DNA of 64,000 nucleotides, from NCBI GenBank assembly GCA_977030845.1, contig OZ365112.1, positions 14,570,001 through 14,634,000 of the forward strand, given 5' to 3'. Below, one piece after another: positions 12,001-24,000 of the stretch (position 1 is the first letter of the stretch; every line of letters starts with the position of its first letter). Source of the DNA: Fimbriosthenelais zetlandica. Lineage: Eukaryota. A model generated the notes under the pieces. It had not been told where the DNA came from and searched no databases. It saw only the letters and a list, made by a program, of their open reading frames with translations. The position numbers and the translations under genes are program-made.

Positions 12001-15000
12001 ATGATAAACACTATCCTGACAAAGATAAGAAATAAAGAAGCTGATGATTTCGCGAAGGACGATGGTGCTACCACGGCACAGGTACCACGATATTAAAGCC
12101 AAAGGGTGCCATACAATAATATTGAGGTATTATGTCTGTTACATACATTTTTTGTATCGCATGCATTTTCTATACTGACTGTCTGAAAAAGACCCCGGTC
12201 ACACACATTTTTGTTACAGGACGGATATTAAGAAAAGGACATGTATACATGTAAAATATATGTTTCTGATGACTACACAGTGTCCATGTGAATGAAGACT
12301 GTGTATTGGGGAAGACAATGATGATGTGATCCAGGTTCATGCCATCACTATAATTATATATATCCACCAACATCGATCTCATTTACTCCATAAATTATAT
12401 ACAGAGACAACACATTTTCTATATAGTTACTTTGAGACCAGTGACTATAATTCAATATATAATATGTAAACTGGTTTCTAATGTTCAATGGAGATGAGTG
12501 GGTGATAGCATATGGAGAAATTATAGGTCGGGGTACACAGTTTCCTGTTTCATGCTCTTTCATCGGGTAACTTACAGTCTTTACCCATATTAGGGATGAG
12601 GGAAGGGAACAGATTGATATGATCAAAATCATTTTATATGCAATATTGAAATAAAACCTTCAAGTTATTTCATTAACATCAAAAATATATACCAAATTCA
12701 AAATTCATACTGGAATTGTTACGCATATTGATTCTCTATTCTGTAATGAATGTTAGTGAATGTATATCAATATTAAGATCTATAGGGATATTATATTTTG
12801 GGACGGATTTAGAAAAACCTACCGTTTTACACCCATCAAAGAAGCCCGGGTCAGAGATGGGATCGTTGAGATAAGATCTCAGTAGATTTGCACGCATTCC
12901 TTTTGGAGGCTCGTTTGTCATTTTTACTCCTGGAAAAAGAATGATAGATATCAAGTTCTGTACTGGGCTTCTATAACTTTGATTGGTCAAATCACTTAAG
13001 TCAGTATCTCACCATTCTGTAGGATGGACACGGGGAATTGATCAGAGGGGTAACTTGTGAGCCACAGTCTGAATTCCGCATGGGTGTTTTCAGGGATAAT
13101 CGTCTGGAAGAAAAAGAATCACATTCATGAAATTCAAATCTTGATGGAAATGAGGAAATGGAAATGAAAACTATTTAACAGTAAATCTCGTCCAAAATCA
13201 GCATCACACTTAAGATAGTCTTTTAGGGAACTTTTCAAAAGTTTATTAATTACCTCTTCACAAATTTTTTCTAGCGTGGGCATCCAGCTTGTAGCCAGAT
13301 GGCAGTTTTGGAGGACGACCCATGTCCCATCTTCGAGAGCTTTTTCTATCATCTTCACTGCAATAGGTCCCTAAAGAAAGGAGCAAAAAGGAAAAAACCC
13401 ATGATATTTTGACACATTAATATAACAGTTGATAGGGAAACTGGATTTGTACCTGAATGTGCATCATCTCGTCTAAGAAGAAAAAGAAAACTGCATAGAC
13501 AATATGGAGGTAAAGTACCTGTCCCTGTCCTAGTGATATTGTAGCTATGTGGGATGATTCGTAGCCTCGATCCTCTCCAAACTTGAGTAGGGCATTCATG
13601 GGGTCAGCCCCCGGTGAGAGGACAAAGATTAGAGGGGCGCAGCAGGTAGAGTCTGCGAAAGAGCCTGGCAGATCAAATGTTGGAGGCTCTATAAACGACT
13701 GACCAAGATTGTCTACAATGAATTCCTGGACCGCAGGTACAACTTTGTCTGATCTCATTGTTCGGAGAACCACCATTTTGTCCAGGCCTTTTAGTGCATC
13801 AAATGGTGTAGGGTATTTGAATTCCTGAGGCATGGAAGAATCGTACATTTCCTTCCACAGTTTAATATTACTTTTAACATCTGAAAGATAATGAAAATAT
13901 TATTTGAAATTGGTAGAAATGATGACCATATCAATTTATTGGAACTGGATTAATGGGGAAAAGACTTTTGGCATTTAAAAAATAACAAGAACTCCACTAG
14001 CAGAACAATTAAGGTCCTCCATATACTCACGTTCTCTGAGACCTTTCAGGTTGGGTAGATTGTCAGCTCTGACTATTTCTGACCAAGACTTCTCAGTCAT
14101 CCACTCAGGAGCAGGGTTAGGGTAAGGATTGTCCAAGGCTACACCACCCGTCAACAGGAAACGCCACACTGAGTCATCTATTTTCTTCCTAGAAAAAGGT
14201 GGACAAACGGAAGACTCAGTGAAGACCATGTATTAAGAAAATTGTGATTGAAGAATAGGAGGATATTGATGCTATAAAGAGAATTGATGTTACTACTCAC
14301 GATCCCTTCATGATGCCCACACAGAGGGTGAAGGAGAAAAGGAGCTTGTCCTTCTCAAATAGAGACCGGCATACGTTCTTATAGATGGAGTTGGTGAAGT
14401 GGTCATTCAAAATTTCTATGCGTTCATCGAGGTCAGGGGATTGTTCGCTGTTGGCTATTGACTGGAAAATAATTAGATCCATGATGAGGTTTTAAAGTTG
14501 AAAGAGATTCCAGACCCAGAGCATCTCTTATCCTGGCACTTCTGGATTGTGTAAAGTATCTGGTGACTTTTAGGTTCAATCTCTGAGCCTTTTTGTGTTT
14601 TATAAATTCTAAGATTACTGCCATATAGAAGCAAGTGTAAGCCATAAAGTGCTACATACCTGTAGATAGAGGTTGATGAACCAGGTGAGAGAATACTGGT
14701 ACATGGGTTCAATGTTAGCCAGGTCTGAGATACAGAAGAAGAGGATGGACGAGTGGGTGGCTACTGGTCGGTAGCCATTACGTGTGACGTCAATCTCCAC
14801 TTCAGTAGCCGTAGCTACTTCCTGTTTGGAGGCAATCTCCTCTGACAGGATTTTGGAAGAAGACAAGACTTGAATTGCTCTCTCATCTTCTAAAATATTA
14901 CCCTGAAGGAAGAAGATTAGAACATTAGGCATTTACTCTGCAGGTTTAAGATGCAGCATTATATGTACTGGTAATTAAAGATAAAGCTATTGAAGACATT

Positions 15001-18000
15001 GACATTTAAGATGTGGAGGATGATTTTCGTGAGATTTATATTTTCTTACCTCTGAGCTTGAAAGGACCTCTAGGATGCGGTCCTCAATTTCCTTCAGTTC
15101 CTTCTTGTTCTTTGCACTCTCAATGATGAGTTCATTCTTTTTCTCTTCAAGTTCTGGCTTTTCTTTTGCTGCCACAATACCTAACAACTGGTCCTCCAGA
15201 CCTTGTGGTGTGATCATGAAGTTCAAAAGGCACACCTGAAAAGAATCCCAGTGGATAGTGATTAACTTGTATTCTGTACAGACGTCTAATGTCAGGAGCT
15301 CTATAGCCACATTCAATTATTTCCTAATGATTTTAAATCTAAAACCAACCTTGACAGAGACTTCTGGCAGATAGTGAGGGTTTCTTAACCGAGTTGTCAT
15401 GTAGAAGCGGAAATCTTTGGAGTACTCAATAAGGTTGTCTCCGAGTTTGATGTACTCCACACCTTGCTGTTTGAAGGTGGCTTTGGTGAGGACTGGCTCG
15501 AGGATAGGATCAAGCTCCTCCCCAACATTCTCCACAAGCACAGGTGTACCAAACTGTATGGAGTTCTCTAATGTTCGCACATAGTTAGCATCACTAAGTT
15601 TGACTATGCCGAGTTTGTTTTCACGTTCCATGTTCTTTATCCATTTGTTGGCTTGGCCTGAAAATTGGAAAAGCAGGGAGTCAAGTACAACTCATTTTCA
15701 AAAGGGTCAGATTAACTAACAGGCACTCTTTGAGCAATACAACGTAGTATCAGTTTGATTTTTACCTTGAGGATCAATCATAAGCGGCCATCGACGTGAG
15801 TTGGAGACAATTATACCATTGTCAATACTGAAAGAATCCACAGGCAGACCAGCTATTTGCCAAGCACGAATATTTACAGGGTCACCAAGGATGCTTGATA
15901 GTTGGAAAGTTCCAGAGCATGGGATTTCTCGTGACACACATTCTTTATGCCACTCAGAAACACATTCCTGTAAAAAAGATTTCATAGAGATGAACAACTG
16001 TTTCCTTTTCCGTTAAAAATTGTCTGATAGGTATAAAGACACAAAACTGAAAAAAAACAATATAATACGTGAATAATGATAGAAATATATGAGCTGCTCA
16101 CCACTCTGAAGTCTACAGTGAAAGCACCAAGGTAGGCTACTACAGCAGAACTGAGAAGCACATCTCCAGTAATGTTGATGTACTTCACGCCAAGAACTTT
16201 AGCGTTTTCTGTCCAGCGGTCTTTTTCACCACCAAGCCCACCAATCAATTTTTCTGCACGATCCAACTTTTTGGAGCAAAGATCAATGTTGGTTTCAAGA
16301 TCTTTCTTCTTTTGTACCATGGCTTCAAATTCGTCATTCAGTGCTTGGAGCTTGTCTGTGACCTGAAAGATAAGAAAACATGTGCTATTTCTTCACAATT
16401 TTGATCCTCTGCTTCCAAATAAGATCATCAAGTTTTCATGACAACAAATGAGAAATGTGAAGAAATAATTCTTGTACATATAAGACTCGATACTTACCTC
16501 TTGCAGTTGTGCACGTTTAGTGTCCAGCTTTTCCATTTGTACAGCCAGCTCGGATTCAGCCTGGGCTAATTTAGCTTTCTTGGGGGCCACCACTTTGGCT
16601 ACTCTGTCATAAATGTCCAGGGCTCTCACCCATTTGCACAGACCTTCGCACGCAGTGGAGGCATTCTTTACCAGGCCAGGGTCAAACTCGGGGTTGGGAA
16701 CATATCTGTAGACATTAAATGTATATAACTGAGTACAATGGGAGTAACATTGTATATTTTATGTACAGGATGGCAGCAAGCAATAAAACAGTGGTCCATT
16801 CGAATTTTCTCTGTGTCATAATTACAATGTTTTAGTAAAGAAAGAAAAGAATTGTAATAAAAGGTATGTGATTGGTAAAAACTGTATAAACCGATCTGAG
16901 TGAATCTAAATGGATAATTAACTGATATAATAACCAACATGCAGTCAAATATCTTCTTCTTATAAGAATATATTTGGAAATGACAGAGCATCACTCTTTT
17001 AGACCATGTTATTTCATAAGGATATCAGGTTTTCCTAATGGAAGCAATCATGCAAAAAATAACATGGACAAAGTTCGGTAACCAGCTCTGATTTGTATGC
17101 AGAAAATCACACACCGAACTCTATGATAGATATTTACCAACCTTCTTAGCACTGCCATTAATATGGAAAGTTTATCCTCCAGAAAAAGCTCTAAAGAAAG
17201 CCTTTCTCAGAGGCAAAAACAACTGATGAAGCCTTCAAAATAATAAATGTTTTGTTGGAATGTTAGCAGCCCGAGATGAGGATACTTTACCTGTCCACCG
17301 CCTAACATAATGAAGGTGATTATGCAATCGATACTCACCTATCACGAATCTTCTTCATGATGGGGACTTGAATGTTATCCTTGTCATAGGTTTTTAATTT
17401 TTCCAGGAATCGCAGATCTCCCAGCATTTTGAGAGAGGGACCCCAGTAATCCTCAGCCATTTTGCCTGAGGTTGGGTCAGGCTTTCTCTCAGGTTTCACG
17501 GCCATCATGACACACACTGCCTCCATCACAAGTTTTACAATAGAAGGAGGGTTCTGTAAAAAGAAACAAATATTATATTAGCAAGTACATGTACTCTAAA
17601 GAACTGAAAAATGGTTAAGGAGATATTATAAGCTGAGGCTTGCACATTAACTAGGGATTGAGCCTTGCATTATACCATTGCGTTTTGTACTCTCACATAC
17701 CTTCATGGATTTAACCAGGGTGATGTCTTGAGGTTTGAGGGTATTCAGGGCAGAAATGGCGGACTCTAGAGCGGGAATGGCCTCGGCCAAGTCACTCTCA
17801 CACTCATCTTTAATAGCCTGGGCTGCTGCTGCTGCCTCATTAGCTACAGCTTCATCTGCTGCTACAACCTGTAATCAGATGATAATGAACTCTAAAATAC
17901 TGCTAGATAAAGAAAGATCAGAAACATGTATGCTATCATTAACTAAATACTTCATCTTTAGGGAACAACATTGTTAGTACTCCTATATACTAACCTCTTT

Positions 18001-21000
18001 TTTGGCCTCCACCTCTACTGTGTCCTGTTCAATCTTGACCATGAGTTTCTCCGTTTCGGCGGAGGTTTTGATCAGTTCCGGCTGGAGATCCTGGAGCTCT
18101 TGTTGCATCACAGACACTTGCGAAGCCGCAAAGTCCAGCTTCTCCAAACCAGTAATATAGCGGTTCTTTAATGTAAGAATCTCTTCCCGCTTCTGGCCGA
18201 GCAGTTTCTTAAAGGTCAAGATCAACTCCAGGTACGACGTGGGTGTGACATAATTGTGACGCCGCAGGATTTCAAAGTATCTGAAAGGTAATAAATTTCA
18301 AATTCTTAAGGCCCAGAAAACTCAAGCAGGCATAATCCAAATAGGATTTCTCATTACTAGGGCCCCTTACCTTAATCCTAACTTCAAGCCATGCACCGAA
18401 GCTTTGCAAGTATGACGCTTATTATAATGTTCATGAGAATAGTTGAATACTGATCTGGACTATCTGATCTAATTGAGACTTACTTGATGGATATTTTTCT
18501 CACAGACTCGTGGAAATGTTTGCACATGATGACTGTTTGATGACGGAGGTTATCATCAAGGTCCACCTCCTCCAAGAACTTGTTGGCCACCATCTCCAGA
18601 GCATCCTCTGGCCAGGCCTAAAACAACATATGAGTGATTACTGTCTTGACTGAACAGAATCGACTAAATTTCTTAAATTTTGTACTAAGCTCATAGACTA
18701 GGTGACTGATTTTCTATTAGACCTATCAGAAAGGATTTACAGTATAGGTATCATACATTATCTTTAAGGGTAACTGAATAAGTCTGAATGGTCAGACTTA
18801 AAACACATCTAGTTTCTAAGAAAAATAAATTGAAGCTGGCAGCTCATAGAAATGAGAAATATCATTTCTATGAAGTGAAAAGAAATAAAATATCTATAGG
18901 TTGTGATCTCAATGAAGAAACTAGAAGAAACATTTATGTTTTACTACTTTAGATATTGTAAAGAAGATAGAAGGTAGAAAGAAGGTCGCATGACCTTGCA
19001 AGTGAAATCTTAACTTGCAAGGTTATGACAAGGGTGACCAAATAAAGTCATTAACCCATTAAGTGTCAATTAGTATTACATTTAGAATTGCCATTAACGG
19101 AACGAGTCACCATTTTCTATAATAGTGGATGTATTTTAAAAACTACTTCTAGGTTACATTACACTTTGACATTTTGTACTTGTGGCATTTCTAATCTACA
19201 TTGATGTATTTTTTTAAACCCAGTGAGAATGAAAGGAAGGTGTTCCTTCTTCTAAACTGACAAAAATAAATTCAGTTGATAACTTGTAGCTTTACCTGTC
19301 CATACCTAACCTATGTAGGTAATTAGCATGCAAATAAGTCAAATAGCATCATCACACATAAATATCGAATATAAGTTCACTGTTCTTTTCTTAAAGTACA
19401 TGCACATGCAATATCTTGTGTGACCGGCAATCGAGGAACTCATCAGAAGGAAATATGCAGTGAGAAAGAAGAAATCGTCCCAGGAGGAAGCTAAGAGAAA
19501 TGTAAAATCCTGAAAAAGATCTAGACTAAGGTTTGTTTTGCAAAATCGCATCCTTCTCCTCGGTACTTACATTAGCATCATTTTCCTTTCATTTATTTGA
19601 TATAAGACCAAACAAATACAAATAAGAAGGAGTATAGATATAGGAGTGTAACTGTATATTAGTGGAAATGGAACCACGATCATGGGGACAGACAAAGACA
19701 ATAGAATGTGTCAGCGCAAGCAGCCAGAGATTCCGTTTTTACAACAGTTTTTTCTGGAAGCATATGTTTTCAACCTTTATACATATTAAAATTGAAACAA
19801 ATGTAGAGAATTCATGACCCAAAATGATCTGACAAATCTGGCACCAAATACCCTGAGCAGGACAAAAGTATATTCCTTTTGAGGACTTTCCCTTCCCAAT
19901 TTGAATTAGCTCTTTTGGAACTCACTCTTATATTTTTGAAGGTAAGTTGTTTCAGTCTACATGATGCTTCACAGAAGATGGATGACATAAGTTGATGACA
20001 ATGTGGAGAGACCGTCTCTCAGTGACTTTACAATATGGTTCAGAAGCCTGCAGTCCAAGCCAATTAGGCTGCTCCCATACTTACATTATCATTGTTTTGC
20101 TTTTATACATTATCCAGATGAAACAGTTATCAAAATATTCATAGTATTGTAAATACGCAGACCAAAAGGGCAAGATATATGTATTCAATTGAGAACTTTT
20201 AAATATGTACCATAACAAACAGGAACCTTTTGATGATGATTTGATGGACAGACCCCCAAGGGCCCTATAGAAAGTACTTGAATGGCAATCTAGAGCAATT
20301 GCTCCAAGAATGATTTACAAAGACAGATGTATTGCACATATCTTTGCATACAAAAGTATTCGATAGATATCCTGAATTTATAAGTTTACCTAAGAGCTAT
20401 AAGTAGAAGTACTCTACTCCAGAAAAATAGGGAAAAATCATTCTTTTCAATAGATAAAGACACCTGTACATGTTATAGTATAGTTCAAATCATCAAAGGC
20501 TAGCAAAGGTTATTGGATATATGAACATAGGGAGAAACATTTGGAGAAAGATTTTAGGTCGAATTTTAAACATATAAATGTAATTATAACGGGTTAATTT
20601 GAAATAAGATATACATTATTATGGACTGTACGTTTAGAAGTAGGGATGAGAGGAAATATATTAGTTTATGACTATATTAACTCACCTGGAACCAATCAAT
20701 GGTGCAGCAGTTGATCAGGGAGGGGAACATACGCAGTCGGTTCCTGAAGGCATCCCCAATAGGGCTCATGGCGAGCACAACGTGTAGGTTCTGTCTTACT
20801 CGCTCAATAAAGAAATTGTACATGGCCAAGGGTGTAGCTTCCATCTTACGTCCCTAAAATGGCAAATCATTTATTATAAAGACCTGGGGAAGCAATAACT
20901 ACATTATCATGATTGGATATGGTCAAATATATCCCAAAATGTTAAATTACAAAGTTAGGTGTACATGTAATATTGTATATATGTAACTGATAAGCATCAA

Positions 21001-24000
21001 CTGTGCGGGCAAATATACCATGAATATTTGTGTGAATATTCATGTGTGCAGCTAGCTTTGAGAATATTCATCAAGAATTACTGTAAACGTATATCATGTG
21101 CAACTGTGCCTGCCGGTAAAATATGGATCTGTGATGGAAAAAAGGGCAGTGAGAAAATGAATTAATTTTAAATTCAACAAATCATGGATGTATATGAAGT
21201 TTAGGAGTTCAAGTCAGAACACTGTAGACTACAGACCTGCCACACTGAGGAAACCCATAAGAAAAAATTCCAACATGCCCAAGACAAAATTCATCATTTG
21301 GTTAACATTTGAAACACAGTAGGATTTTTGGAAAATACCTTGAAACTATACCAACATGCCTGCACTTAAGGGGACAAAATTGGGAAATGTCCCCATTTGA
21401 TCACAGTTCATGCAGTGACCTCACAAAGCGGATGAGGTGAAAGAGCTGATCATTGACAGAGCAACGTGAAGTTGATAATCCATTCCAAAGATGGTGCCTT
21501 TATGCAATGTCCAGTGGGAGGACACATTTTCTTTTATATATCGGAACTTACATCTATGTCATCCAGCAACTGGCGCACTTTCTTCTCGGAGAAATTTCAA
21601 TGAAGAAAAATTAAATATTAGGGGAGGAAAAGGTATAGAAATCTGTGTTTGCCTGCACTGAAAGTAAAATAATTTATCCCACATAAATTTATGGATTGAC
21701 AACCTCTCTGCTTTTTAAATGATAAAACCATCACTATATATACACGAATCCTATACATTTGACAGGATAGTGACTAAGTAACTAATGAAGATTACTGTTA
21801 GATAAATTTATGTTAATCCTAACTTTTAATGTAAGGACTACTTGTATTTAACCAAAATAGAAATGGTAGTTTTAAATGTACTGTGACACAGTCATGCTAC
21901 ATACAAACAAATATGTTCATTCAATGGTTGGACATTATATATTGTCATATTATTTTTTTTATTAGTAATATATACATGGTCCTAGAACCAGGATATGAGT
22001 GGGAGAGGAAAACCGGGACATTGCCTACAGGTACACGAGTCCTGGAAGGTGGTGTGATGGTGAACCTTGTACTTTGTACTTTCAATTCATGCGAGATCAT
22101 TATATTTCCAATACAACCAAGATAAGAATAACAGAGCAAGGAATATATAAATCGGAAGATATACAGTATGACTAAAATACGGTAAATTCTCTGAGAAGGC
22201 AAATAAAATATTCAGTCATGCGAATTACATAAAAGGTCATAATATCTGTGGGAGTCAGTGGTACATTTAGTTAATTAGAAATTTGGTTCCAAAGTTCCAT
22301 TAAGTACAGAACTGAAAAGTGTACTAGATATCTCAAGATATTGAGTATGTTCCAGAATTTACGGTATGGCTGGTCATGATACAGAGAGGTTGGGTAGGAA
22401 TGGGTAATGATTACTGTAGTTTGGGGAACTGATGTGACGGAAAATTAACACGCGATGATAAGAAAATATCATGCGATCCCCTCAGAAAGTATTTTGCATA
22501 ATTTCAAGGTTATGATATAGTGCTTAATTTTTATTATTGAGTGAACTGACAGGCATAATTATCATGACTTTGGACCCTGGTATTCAACAATTCTGAAGAG
22601 TGCATCCATACCCAACATGAATGACAGAAATAACATGCCGAATATACTATTTATAAAAATTATTCTAAATGGAAGTAAAATAAATAATTTTGAAATATGC
22701 AGGTATGGTTCATATTAAAAGATATGATCCAAAGAGAGGAAAGAAAGAACTTGAATAATAAATTTCACTGTTTGAGCAAGAGTAAAACATTTCTAACACT
22801 ATCATGGGTTATTTCTATAAAAACTTCAGTATATCTTTCTACGAAATATATCAGCAATTATGTTATAAATGTTTATACACTTGTAAAGCAATGAGTGGAT
22901 GAAACAGGATAAAAAGTGGGAGCTCTATGTGAAGAAATAAGAAAATGATTTTAATCATGGAACAAATCGACCATCATTTATATTTTAAATATAAAGCTGA
23001 GAGATGAGTTATGTTGTATGGTCGATGATGTGATCTAGAGAGGAAAGGTGTGTAGAAATATGGATAAACCAAATAGAAAGAAGCTAATCCCGGACCAAAA
23101 TGATTCATCAAAACCTCTAAGGATAAAAACTCTAGTCAAAGTTCATCAAAATTTAAAAAGGTATCAAATGGTATGAAAGTGCCAAGACATTTCACAGTAA
23201 AATAGTAAAAAAATATAGAACAGGCTAGTGTTCAAAATTCAAGCAAAAATCCATGAAAAAATCCAAATAGATTTGAGTGAAACATACACGTCTCCGAGCG
23301 CCTTTCATACCCAATAACTAGCGCATGCAATGTAAAAATAGATCCAATTATTACAAAATCTTGTATAATATGTCAAAAACATGCTTCACATGTGACATAA
23401 TTGTACAATACTGCAAAATTGAAATATTAAAAATACAAAGACATGTCTCGAAAATAATGAAAAGGTATTTGGGAAAAAACAAAAGAATTTTATTTCTTGT
23501 CCTTACATCCCCAGCAGCTTTACTTCTCCTGGCCTGAAATGTGAACGATCAAACATAACTTTCACCTTCTGATCTGGCAACTTAACAGTTATGAAATTAA
23601 TGAATAATATTAATTAGATTCAGTGACGCCTACAGACAGGCTTACAGCCATGGCCCCTTACCCCCACCCGCTTAGCTAGGGCCCTGAAGAGCTGTATAAG
23701 ACATCATAAAATGTGATGAGCTATGCCCCATGCCATCAATGCAGCCCAAGAGAGTATAAATTCATACTGTCAAAACTGACAGCCCATTTGATTGCCAACT
23801 GCTTTATAGTGTATGTCAGAAAGGTTAAAATGAACCAAGATTATCGACCAAATTTTGATATCTTTACAATATAAATCATCAGAAAAAAAGGTTAGTCATT
23901 CTGACAATCAAAGGAGATGCAGTGTGTGATTGTCAGATCAGGCATATAAAACTCATCCATTAAACCAATCAAATATTAATAAAAATATAATACAAATAAT

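Noticed and set aside
11921-12015. Strong acceptor near 12015 opening a 45-codon frame
   Set aside because: No good phase-0 donor; the best donor (gtaacc) leaves phase 1 and cannot rejoin the next exon.
12576-12578. 3-nt micro-exon ACT (ggtaaag|ACT|gtaagt)
   Set aside because: In frame, but the AAG acceptor has its branch-like site too close. Kept only as a weak candidate, as are 28284-28286 (GGT), 21976-21981 (GACCAT), 27107-27130, 37693-37701 and 18807-18815, which have weak donors or acceptors.
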